A stretch of DNA of 64,000 nt from Leidyana gryllorum EB-2025a (Eukaryota > Protista > Apicomplexa), in contig JBLWGC010000143.1 in assembly GCA_048772705.1 (NCBI GenBank), positions 22,688 to 86,687 on the forward strand. Direction: 5' to 3'. Below are positions 36,601 through 47,526 of this stretch, one piece after another (the first letter of the stretch is position 1; the number at the start of each line of letters is the position of its first letter). The notes under the pieces were generated by a model, which was not told where the DNA came from, searched no databases, and saw only the letters and a list, made by a program, of their open reading frames with translations. A program made the translations under genes and the position numbers.

Positions 36601-37435
36601 GGATCGCATTGGACATTGTCATACCTGACGCAGTCGGGATGACGAAATACACAAAGTCGGAGCTGAAGCGATGAGCCCCGTCCGGGAGTGACAAGAAAGG
36701 AATCAAAGGGATAGCCGCGATTAGGTCGAGAAGACGCGCCGTTAGATTCGCGGCATTCCGAGCATCGCCTTTCAAGTTGGCCAGATCTTCGTGTCCCGCC
36801 GCCGATGGAGTGGAGCCGACTTTCACGAACCACGGAAGCGAATCCGACGGCTCAACGCCCTCGCGGACGGGTTCCGTGAAACCCATTGTCTATCGAGGGG
36901 CGTCGAGAGGAGGCCCGTTCGTGCGCTCGCACTTACGAAGCGATGGGCCATTGGCGTGTTTTGATCCACGCGCAGTCCAACGAGGGGAGAGGGATCGTCG
37001 CATATTGGACCGTCTGCACTTGAAGGAATGCCGGGGAGAAGTGGGGGAGGATCAGGCAGGATGTGTTTGGCTGCCAGAGATTGAGCGATTCGTTCCGTCC
37101 AAGTAGCCCTCACCCATTGGAGTACAGCTTGGCTCGTCCGATAAGATGTCGACCCCAACTGCCGCACCCAGCTCGGCCAGGATGGGAGGGTGAGCATACT
37201 CGACCACGGGGCCGCGGGCGTGATGGAATGTCACAATGAGAATGCTGTAGTATCATTGGAGAGGGCCGGCGGTCGGCACTTACGCTAAGCATGGGGGATG
37301 CGATGGTGTACGCAAGGCCGCCGCTTTGTGACTGAAAACTAAGGGGGTCTGATTAGGGGCTGGTGAGCGGTTGAGCTTGGCGCGCGCTGGTGTCTTGCCC
37401 AAGAGTTTCAGCAGATTAGTTCGAATGGCCTTCAT
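33605..37435 (-). CDS. AVL9/DENN-family domain protein with C-terminal MORN repeats, multi-exon
   Basis: ILIVTFHHARGPVVEY..PP, LPDGAH, LVKAFLLEAKII, LPYATLQ, FLAGVSN, FMKAW..KHNF..W (AVL9-like); about 8 MORN repeats (YxGxF..G..HG.G) joined in frame by intron 34724-34766. Confidence 0.8.
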
Positions 37436-37488
37436 TTGTTTGTTAGAGAAGTAAGGCTGTGTGGGGAATTGTTCGTGATGAATCCCAT

Positions 37489-40400
37489 ATGGCCAAAGCT
37501 GTGAGAATGGTCTCTATGCAACATGCCACAGTAGCACCAATTAGGATTCCCAATATAGCACAGAAGACTAACATCATCGCGTTCGACAAACCCCCCTTTT
37601 CCGTAGCCACCGGTCCCACCGAAATTATGCAGCAAATCCTACACTTTCGATATAAGACCTCAGACCCCCACCGAAGTATCTCATCAACGCTGCAGTTAGA
37701 CCTCCCACTCCGCAATGTAGATCAAGCCAAGGACCTCTATGCTCAGGTATTCTCGAATCTCGGAGGCTCAGACGACAGCACTTCCCCACCACACGCTCTG
37801 CACCTCGATGGCCGCCCTCTGGCTTTCGAAGACTTTGCGCGCCTACTGACAGACGACACCGTCGCGGAGCGCTGCCCCCTGCATTTTGAGATGACGGGAT
37901 CACTCACCACAGCTGCCGTGGTCCCCTCAGAAACAACAGCCCCTCAAGCGCCGCCGCCTCCACGATTAACAGGGGCCCCTCTGCCCTTGATGTCAGTGCC
38001 CCAATCTGTGGAGGGACCCCTGGCTGTCGACGTGGGCTATAACAGCGCTGCTCTTACGGCGCTTAAAAAGCTACCTGAGAAGCTGTTGGAAGACCGAGGC
38101 GGGAATGTCTGTGTTGTGGGACATCAGCCTCTGCTCGAGCAGCTCGCTGTGCTTCAAAACAACCTAAAGTGAGTACGAGGTGGGGCTTGACGAAACACGT
38201 GTGTGCTCTCCAGAGACGGCTCAGTAACGGCCACCGGGTACCGGGAAACGGTGGAAAAGGTGTTGGCACAGTCGGTGTTGGACGCGCCAGAAGCCTTGTC
38301 GAGTGAAGTCGCGAGTCTGCACCGACAGATCTATCATTATGTCAATGACAATCAAGTTGACCGTAATGCATATGTGCAGCTGCACAAGCACCTCCACACT
38401 TTACACGTACTGCCTGTTTACAAGGGACTATTAGCACAGGAACGGAGCATGGATCCTCCGCTAAAGGAAGATCTAAGTCGCAAAGTTATTAAGGCGACCA
38501 ATTGGGGAGGTGTGAGTCACGCCGCTCGAGTTTGCTACGACGGACAGCCCTCAGAATTCGTTTGTACTGTAAGCTGAAAAAGTGTTATATGGCATATCGA
38601 TCTTCTCTCAGCTTATGGCTCTCATTGCTCATAATCACGAGGCCATGGTGAAAGAGTTGAAACCTTTATTGGAGAGTCAAGCATCGGAGCTTCTCTTGAA
38701 GGATATTAGCAATGATGACGGGGAAGACATGGCAACCAAAGAAGGTAACGCTCGTCTAGTGTCGGACTTCAGCCGAGTGTTATGCGCGCTATTGCGCGAT
38801 GCCATGAGTAGTAATTTAGTGGGACATGAAGTCCCCCTCCAGTATGCGGCTAACGCAAGACGGGTGGCCAAAAACATGTTTCATCGGATGACAGCATTTA
38901 CTCATGGACAACTGCTCACCGTCCTCACCAACTTCTCCTTACTGCTGAGTTCTGCTGCCAATACACCCGGCCTCGGCACAGACTACGTCAAGCAACTTAT
39001 CCGCCCACTCTTACAGGGCGTTGGTGTTGCCTACGGATTCCAGATCTGTCAGATCTTGGCGAACACATCGATCAAACTGCAGAGAGCTGGATTCGCATCC
39101 CCGAGTAAGCCCGCGTTCCCCCGTACTCTCTCCCATACTTCGTCACAGTTCAATACGCTGAGAAAGAGGAGACACTCGAGCGGATACTGGAGTCCCACTC
39201 TTGTGCCGACGAGTGCGGGTCACCCATTGCACGCGTAGTATTCTGCCGGGACGACCGTTATTTGCGACCTACGTGCTATCTTCGTCTTACAGCTGATCAT
39301 ATCGACGGCTTTAAGCCAGTGGTTCTGGGAAGCGGCGCTTCCGCCCCCTCTGCGGTCTCCTCTCACATTCTGGCCCACCAGAAGAACATGATGGAACAAG
39401 TTGTGGGTGTACGCAAAGAAGTCCTCCCGGATCAGCGTCGGGCTGTGATGACCACAACGGTCTCGGACTTCCGGTCCCATGGTGCTGCAGATCGTAAGGG
39501 TTCGCAACGGCGGTGTGATCTGAACTTTATTTCAATAATGATTCAGGGAAAAGATCTTCGCACGGCTCCATCATCGCCGACCCCGTTGATGTGTCTCCTC
39601 AGCAGTCCTCGTCGAATAATCCGCCCCTGAAGTCGGTGCGTGTGGGGGATCGAAAGTTGATCACACAACAGGCTCTTCGTTCATCGCAGAAAAGTAGGAG
39701 AGTACCGCCAGAGACTGGAGAGGCGGCCAGTGCTTCGCGCACCTCAGGGGGTGAGCTGGAAGAGGACGGACGGCTCGCGAGGCAGCAGAGCGCCACGCCT
39801 TCTGAGTCACAGGCCAAGGGAGGCGACCAGCTGACCAGCAATGTCCCATCCGAACCCATTTCTGAAGTTAGGCCCGCCACTGCGGAGACGCCCAGGCGGG
39901 CGGAGAATGGGGCTGAGGCGACGAGCGAGCCTCAGGAGCGTTCTTGCGATTTTTCGACCCCGCGCGTCTCGGACCACCGCTCAGTGAATGTACAGACCGA
40001 CACTGAGCAGCAGCAGAAATCCGCTTCTCAGGACTACACTGAATCCATCCACGCTCCCGCGACCGGAACGGACAATGGAGAGGACAACTCGCCACTCTCG
40101 GAGGCTTTCCAGGTGTCGACCTACTCGTATGAACAAGACTCGCCGGGACTGTCGAAGATGGAGGAGTCGTCAAACCAGGAGCCCCATCGCAAGCCAACGG
40201 TCGATTTGGAAAGCAGCAGTTCTCACCTAAGTGTCAATTTCCAGCCGCGAGCACAGGTGGTCAACATATCAGCGGGAGCACCAATGACCTCACATTACAC
40301 AGGCATCCCTGAGTTGCCTTCGACTTATACTACGGATCGAAGTTTGTTTCATCAGAGTCAAGCACGAGAGAGCTCGTCTTCTCTCTCGTCGGGAAGGAGT

Positions 40401-40676
40401 GAAGACTACGACAGTTCAATTTCGATCACTGAGGAACCTTCCCACCGGGTGAAGCGATTATCGCTGCCCAAGACGGACCAGGAATCTCAATCAGAGTACG
40501 GCAGTATTCTCCCCAAGCATTCTGTTATTGAGATCTTTCAATCTGTTCGGAATCACGCTTCTTCTGAAGACACTCTGCCAAGTTTCGCTGCACCCTTGCG
40601 CTCTAAGGCTGGACGAGGGTCATCACCCAAACGTATGATAGGGCGCACCACCACCGGACCGCGCAGGGCCAGATGA
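37489..40676 (+). CDS. Hypothetical protein, helical middle region and Ser/Glu-rich tail, multi-exon
   Basis: ORFs 37459-38172, 38203-38577, 38582-39238, 39262-39630 and 39591-40676 can be joined by short GT-AG introns; 3' end uncertain; no family recognised. Confidence 0.5.
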
Positions 40677-40761
40677 ATTTGTTTTTATGTCCATGGTGTT
40701 AGCAGGTGCCTAATAAGACGGAACAGAACAAATTCACCCTCGTCAGACACTTGGAAGAAGA

Positions 40762-41950
40762 ATGACTCCAACGGTGTCACGATTCTGCTCACATTGTCAA
40801 AGTGAATTGGGTGCCTCCTTACTTTACAACAAGCAGTAGACCGGTTGTGGCGATTGCCAGCAGAATGCTTCCGACCCCATACAAAACACACAATCTGCAT
40901 AACAAACAAACAATATACCCTCTCATTCACAGAGAGGGTCGGTCTATTCGAGCCCCACCGGTGTAGATTGCTGACGGTGTGCGGACGAATGTACTTCTTT
41001 CTCAGTTCACCGTTCTCTCTGCCAGAGGGGGGGTCGCGATCTCCAGATCGCACTCCGGATTTCTCTGATGAAGGTCCAGCTACATGATCACAGATCTACA
41101 GTCATCGCTCATTACAGCTCGCCAGAGTCGCAAAGTACCTCATCGACAAAGTCCAGTTTGATAGGGTCCAAGAGAAACCGGTAGCTGGACAAGAAACTCA
41201 AAGAATTGCATTGGTGCAGATCAGAACGATGGAGATTCATCGGACACCCATCGCTGTCACAACACTTGTTGAAGAATAAGCGGCAGTTCAAAGAAGCTTG
41301 GAGTGCCTCATCTGTGAGTACTGCGGAACATCTGTTTGTCCCGAGCATAAACGTCACAGCTGCGATACAGCTCACCCGCCGCTGGCAAAGAAGATGAGCA
41401 TTCCCCCGAGAAAGATAAACCATGAGAGCTGCATGATGGCAATAACCCAAGGCACAAACTTTGTCAGACCGCCCAAGCGAGATGCTCGTTTCGTTGCGGC
41501 TTCAGTGACTTCCCGCATAGTCGTGTTGAGAAACACCCGCAGCAAACTAAGTTCTTTGATGATAAAGTGTCAGAGATATGCCTCGTCTCACCCAACTTCG
41601 AGGAAAGAGAACAGAATTTCCATTAGGTGAAACCACGAGGCGACAAAGATCCATGTGGTCCAGAACTTGAACCGACGACTCGAACACTCATAGTTGTGGA
41701 ACCACCCACATCTACTGTAGGTGGTGCACTTCTTACGATTCATATACCAATAGAATGGCCAGGTGATCAGACATATCAAAAGGAGCGATATGGCAAGACT
41801 GGATGCAACGCCATCGCGGATCGATTAACACTCCACTCACACTTTGTACACCAGCTGTATGCGCCACAGATATCGATTATGTCGCCAATTGAATCTTATA
41901 CGACCCCATGTCGATGTGGGGATGCTGGTGAATGTACTACGCTTAACTGA
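40762..41950 (+). CDS. Possible Cys/His-rich hypothetical protein (fragmented exons)
   Basis: Short frames with CSHC and CEYCGTSVCPEH motifs; splice pattern not resolved. Confidence 0.3.
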
Positions 41951-42058
41951 CAGAGCCGATGCATAGAGGCGTTCACACAACTCATCTGCTGTATCCGTCT
42001 TTCGTGTTGTGCCAGCAGTCGGCATTTATACCAAAAATCATATTTTTGGTGACTGGAT

Positions 42059-42568
42059 ATGCGATCTTGGGCTCTTCTTCTCGGGTGCGCCGTGCTCCTT
42101 TTTGGTCGGGCGGCCGAACTTACTGAGGATTGTTCAGCGAGCGCGGAACCCCGTCAAATTCACCACCAAGACGATGATGACAAAGCCTTCCTGGCTGCCC
42201 ACGAGGCCCGTCTTGAGAGTCTGAATATGACTGGTCGCGTAGATCTTGGAGACATCGGACAGGCCGCTTGTTTCTACATCGAGTCCTGTCGACTCTGCCG
42301 GCTGGTCCCAGGCTGCAACTTTTGTCAGATAACCTACGGGCATGATGCTATGGTCTCTGTGGTCTCAAAGATTCCATGGTTGGCGGAACAAGACTTTGTT
42401 GAGAAGGGCCAGTTGTGTGGAGTTCCGCCCGATACTTGCCGAAGTTTCCAGAACTCGCTCCCCATCTACGGCAAGGTAACTTGGGCCGAAGTCGACCCCT
42501 GCGGGGCTCTTAGCACGATTACTTTGAGTGTAGCCCCCGTGTTGGCGTTGCTGGCCTATGTGTTCTAA
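42059..42568 (+). CDS. Small Cys-rich, probably GPI-anchored surface protein (PSI-like)
   Basis: Signal peptide, SCRLCRLVPGCNFC motif, hydrophobic C-terminal tail. Confidence 0.7.
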   Translation: MRSWALLLGCAVLLFGRAAELTEDCSASAEPRQIHHQDDDDKAFLAAHEARLESLNMTGRVDLGDIGQAACFYIESCRLCRLVPGCNFCQITYGHDAMVSVVSKIPWLAEQDFVEKGQLCGVPPDTCRSFQNSLPIYGKVTWAEVDPCGALSTITLSVAPVLALLAYVF

Positions 42569-42646
42569 CATCTAAGGATTATTTCTAAACTTTTTTGGTT
42601 GGAGTTCTATTATATCGTTATCTGCAACTACTGCAATAGATCGGAA

Positions 42647-45633
42647 TCAGGGCACCTCGCCCCAGCTGTCCGAAAATTTGTCATTTGGAACTTCGGGAGG
42701 CGGCTCATACTCCACTTCTTCCTCTTGTTCGAGCTGAGCATCGCATAGATTAGACCTCCGCTCCTCTTGACGAATGGAGTCCGCTCGAACCTGCTGCAGA
42801 TTCTGGGCAGCGTCGGCCGCCAAGTCGGTCGCTGTCAGCCGCCGACGCAAAGGAGCCGTTGCAGGCCGTGGCTCGCTGCTGTCTTCTTCTTTGGTGGCCC
42901 CTCGCTCTCGGCGGACCTCAGTCTGCACCCTTCTTTCGGGTGTCAAGGCATCCAGGTCTAGATTTTGGAGACCGGCTCTCTCAGTGAGGTACTTGAGATG
43001 TAAGAACAAAATCTGCAACACGATTCTGGTGGAGCAGAAATCGTGAGTAATCACGTTCAGTCGGACCACCAGCTCTCGAGTTAGGAGTTCGCTGAGCATC
43101 AATCTGCCAGGCAGCCGGATAAAATCGAAGATCTAAGATTGGGGTCTCACCTGTTGCACACTTCGGCTGACACTTTGAGACCTGAAGGCAGAAATAGCAG
43201 AGTTGCTGCAGATTGGCCTCCCCAGAACTTTATGAGCTCAGTTCCGGCCTGTGCAAAGGCGAGAGAAGGGGGTGTAACTTCACTGGCCAGCACCCGGAAC
43301 CGGTATGCCGGTCTGGGAGGCTTTTTGCCATGCATCACAGTCCAATACTTGAGCTTCTGGATGAGGAACCTGGGGTTACTCTCGCAAGTCTGAGCCCAGC
43401 TCTTCTCTATCAGTGTTCTTCCTGTCATGTAGGGGCTGATAAAAACATAATCTTCTTCGATCAGACCTATCAGCGGATGTTGGAAAAACTCTTTCCCCAG
43501 CCCCACAGCCTTAAATCGTTGCGCATCTACGCGCGATAGCTTCACAGTCTGATGAATCAGTAGTCATCGTGCGAGACACACACACGCATCACTTACGCGA
43601 GGCTCAGGTAATGGGCCAAATCTTCGGTTCAACTCGGCAAACGAGTCATCCTTTGAATCACCCTCACGGGCCTCCAAGAAGATGGGATCCTGCTCACCAG
43701 CGTCGGTCAGGTGGTGACGCTTTCGTCGATGATGCTTCTCTTGCGGAGTTTTCTTCTTGTTGAAAACAACCGCCCCCCCTCTCCACACCATTTCGATCAC
43801 ATTCCCTTTCTCAATCGCAGTGGGAGGGGTGGCATTCACACTTTCCAGATATGGCAGCTGCTCTTCGATGGCGTTCAAAATATGACGCCCCGAACGATCA
43901 CGGTGAGCTCGCGGAGGTGGAGGTGCGTTCGGGCCAGCTGGTGCCGATGAAGGAGGGGGAGGGGGACGTGGGGGAGCCGGAGAGGCACTGCGTGGTTGGT
44001 GTTGTTGAGTCACAGGGGCAGCCGGCTCCGCCCCAGCGGGGGGGGGCGGTTGACGTCGCAACTCATCGGCAATAATCCGGCGGATAGAACTCAAGAAGCC
44101 ATGGTGGTGCGATCGGGACATGGGATCGTCTTCTTCGCGGAAAGATGGAGGACGGACTCGGCGAGGCAGAGGCGGTGCATTCAATACACTATCCATAGGT
44201 AGCAACTCTGTGCTCAGCTGCGTCGTGGCTTTGCGGTGTTGAAGATGCTCGAGACCCATAACACCTTCGACGTCTGTGTTCATCGCTGGCGGTAAGTAAC
44301 GTTCAATCTCGCTGTAAAAGTAGATAACTTGCTGCCGTCTGCATAGTATATTCAGTCGATAGCCTCAGGCAACGCTCTCTGACTCACCGATTGATCAGCT
44401 CTGATACAGTCGTGCCCGACCGCAGCTTAGGTCCCATGAATCGCCCAAGGCACAGTGAGGCCCAAAAGTCAGACTCCACCAACGTAAGAGCACCAGGTCC
44501 CTTCCGATAGCCCATGTCTCGCCGAACACTAAGCAGCACGATTTCCGTGGGATGCTGCTCCAAGAACTCGGCGATCTGCTTATACACCTTGACCTGCGGA
44601 AACCATATGTCATTGGAAAGTGCATCAAACAGGGTTTACGCCCGAGAGCGGGCGAGCGATGTACGTAAGGCGCAAAAACATAATAAAGCTTAAAGGTACC
44701 AACCGGTCGATCAGCCCCATGGGGGTTCGGGCTGTCGCTCTCCTCTCTTACGCACCCACCTCCCAACAACACCATAGTGTGCTCTGGGAGGTGCCCCAGA
44801 AGGACCTTGCACGCTACATATGCCCTCGACCCGGACTCGCATTGCAAGATCGTGCGCGAGGAGCGATACCAATGTATACCAATTGGACCCGCAGCTGGCG
44901 GAAAAGAAGTTTTCGACTGACTCACCAATGGGACAGTGTCGTAGCCACCATGAGCACACACTGGTTCATTGTTGCCCCGCCAGTTCTTACCAACTCGCAG
45001 GTCGAGGAAGCGAACTCCATCTACCAATTGCTCATATACGGATTTGTCTTGACATCTGATGAAGAGACTGGCAAATCGTAAGAATGCTCGATTGGACTCG
45101 CGGTGACCAATTTCGAAAGTTGCACTGTTATGTGTCCCCGGAATAGTTAAATCCCAAATCCTCGAGGATCGCACCAAGGACGTTCCCATCCAGTTTGTCA
45201 GCAAATGCTCCAACTCCGTACTCGTCGCTTGCCAGATGAATGAACTCACGTCTCGACCCGCTTGCGCTATTGGGAAAGCAGCCCCAGGGCTGCTTATGAT
45301 AGGGGGCGCCGAAGGCGCCTCACGCAGAGTAGGTGGGGCTTCCGCCATACTTGGGTCTGGGTCAGAAATGTGTTGCCGAGTAGTAACCCAGGTGGTGGCT
45401 GAGTCTGCATTTGTTGGCGTACGAAGAACAGCTGACAAACCCGTAAGGGGCGCTTGTGGCTTGGATAGCAGCCGTCGCATGAACATTGGTATGGGGAGTA
45501 CGCATCCCCATGTCTGAGACCGGTTAGGCAGCCTCACTCCAGCTAACGGAGTGGCAATGGCTTCCGACGCTTCGTCGAAGGCATCATCCAATTGAAAAGC
45601 ACGTATTGCGGCCCATCGTGTTTCTGCAATCAT
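42647..45633 (-). CDS. Phosphatidylinositol-specific phospholipase C X-domain protein (bacterial/PLCXD type), multi-exon
   Basis: LTIPGTHNS, RCQ..SVYEQL.DGVRFLDLRV, CAHG, FLEQHPTEIVLL, and C-terminal LNVITHDF; Pro-rich insertion; 332-nt intron 44594-44925. Confidence 0.82.
44594..44925 (-). ncRNA. Candidate structured RNA inside an oversized intron (family unidentified)
   Basis: Four nested stems whose non-Watson-Crick positions are mostly G-U on the minus strand; intron about 7x the local norm. Confidence 0.5.
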
Positions 45634-45703
45634 TGTCGTTCTACATCAAGGCTTGGTAGCCTTTTAAGCTCAACATAATCAATCACGAAAAAGTACGATT
45701 TCA

Positions 45704-46876
45704 TCAGAAACGACCTCCACGTCCACCACGGGGACCACCTCGACCTCCACGGCCACGAGGACCACCTCGGCCTCCACCACCACGTCCACGGCCACCACCG
45801 CGTCCACCCTCGAAACCACCGTCACGGTTGGTCTCCAAACCATAGCAGAAGCGCGCAGTAGCCAACTTCACTCGGACCTCCTGACCCTCGATGTAGATGT
45901 CCGCAGCAACGCAGGCATCAGCCTCAGAGGGAGTCGAGAAAACGACCAAACAGTTGTTTCCAAAGAATTCGACAGTTTGAATTGTGCCGTACTCGCCAAG
46001 AGCGTCACGGATTTGCTTTTCGTAGTCACTGGTGCCACCTTCAACAGAAACGGCGGAGGGGTTATACCAGTTGGAAGGTCTGTGGTCGTAAATGTTGATG
46101 TAACGTCCGTTGATTTCGACTCCGCTCATGCGAGTGGCTTCGGAGGCGGCCTCGGGGGTCTCGAACTGGACAAAAGCCTTGCCGTGGTCCTTCATGTGCC
46201 ACCGAATTCGCTTGATAGCTCCGCATTTGGCGAACAGGTCAGTGATTTCCTTCTCCTGGATGTGGAAGGGCAGACCGTTGAGGAAGACAACGTTAGAAAC
46301 TACATCCATGTCATCCACATTGGTGGAGGACTCGACTCGGGGTTTCTTAGTGTCCTGCTCCTCAGTCTCTGCATTTGTATCATTGCCAGATGATGAACGT
46401 TTCTTGGACTTTTTGGCAGGCTTTTCGTCTTCGCTGCTGTCTGAATCTGATTCTGCCTCCTTGGCGGCAGGGGTCTCTCCATCACTAGAATCGGAGTCAG
46501 ACGAGGCGGTAGACCCGGCAGCTACAACGGGAGTCACTTGGGCTTCGACAGTTGAGGTTTGCTCCTCCTCATCAGAATCGCTATCGGAAGACTCGGGCTT
46601 CGCAGGCTTCTTCTTGTCCTTCTTGCTCTTCTCCTTCTTGTCGGACTTCACCTCCTCCTTTTCGTCCTTCTCCTTCTTCTCCTTCTTGGACTCCTTCTTA
46701 GAATCCTTCTTCTCAGCCTTCTTCGCCTTCTTTCCCTCAACCACCTCGGTCACCACGGGAGCAAGCACTTCCTTCTCCTTTTTCGACTTCTTCTCCTTGC
46801 GAGACTCCACCTTCTTCACAACAGTCTCTTCTTCCACCGTCTTGGGTTTCTTGCTTTCCTTCGATGACTTGCCCAT
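45704..46876 (-). CDS. Nucleolin/NSR1/gar2-like RNA-binding protein
   Basis: Lys/Glu-rich and Ser/Asp-rich N-terminus, two RRMs (VFLNGLP, GKAFVQF), RGG tail. Confidence 0.85.
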   Translation of the reverse strand: MGKSSKESKKPKTVEEETVVKKVESRKEKKSKKEKEVLAPVVTEVVEGKKAKKAEKKDSKKESKKEKKEKDEKEEVKSDKKEKSKKDKKKPAKPESSDSDSDEEEQTSTVEAQVTPVVAAGSTASSDSDSSDGETPAAKEAESDSDSSEDEKPAKKSKKRSSSGNDTNAETEEQDTKKPRVESSTNVDDMDVVSNVVFLNGLPFHIQEKEITDLFAKCGAIKRIRWHMKDHGKAFVQFETPEAASEATRMSGVEINGRYINIYDHRPSNWYNPSAVSVEGGTSDYEKQIRDALGEYGTIQTVEFFGNNCLVVFSTPSEADACVAADIYIEGQEVRVKLATARFCYGLETNRDGGFEGGRGGGRGRGGGGRGGPRGRGGRGGPRGGRGGRF

Positions 46877-46940
46877 GATGACTGTGCCTGCCAAAAAAAA
46901 TTACTTTTGCAACTTTTTCTACCAGCTCAACAGTAACGGG

Positions 46941-47460
46941 ATGTCAGCTCCGTTCCTTGAGAAACTGGCTACTGAGGCCGGAGCTGCGTACGGTATGGGG
47001 TGTGTAGGTAGCTTCGCACTCAACTACATCACCGGCCTGCGACTGTTCCCAAAGTCCGGACGACACCTAGAGGCTCTCCGATACGCCCAACGGGCTGCTC
47101 CGCGTTCTGGTGGTGCGTAAACACCATATCCACTCAGTTCATTTACCGTTCCTTCAAGGCAATTTCGCTTCTTGGGCAGTTACCTTCGGGGTCTTCCAAC
47201 ATCTAGTTGAGCGGAAGCTGGGACCCGATAACGCCCTGAACAGTTACATATCTAGTTGTTGCGCCGCCGTGTTCCAGCAAAGTCGCGGTGAGTCGTCATC
47301 GCATTTCTAGATCGAGCTAATTGTAGGGGGACTGCGTAAAGCCCTCAGTCATGGTGTACTGGGGGGAACATTGATTTCCGTGATGGAAGTAGGTGCTGGG
47401 ATTGTGTCCCGCCAGCGCCCACCCACACCTCGACAAATGTACTACGACGCAGCTGATTAG
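46941..47460 (+). CDS. TIM17: Mitochondrial inner membrane translocase Tim17-family protein, 3 exons
   Basis: GAAYGMG...RAAPRSGGNFASW...N...RGGLRKAL...GG..ISVME after splicing. Confidence 0.8.
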
Positions 47461-47526
47461 CGAAACTTTCCAGAAACAGCCAACCCCACCACACGTGTTT
47501 GCCACGGTTTTATCGCAGTATTCGCC

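Noticed and set aside
44630-44638. TAAACCCTG next to a hairpin as a telomerase RNA template
   Set aside because: Barely longer than one repeat and only ~35 nt from the intron end, leaving no room for a downstream pseudoknot
46110-46876. Long plus-strand ORF (46110-47120) antisense to the nucleolin-like gene
   Set aside because: Ser/Phe-rich shadow of Lys/Glu codons; only the part from ATG 46941 is real (Tim17 exon 1)
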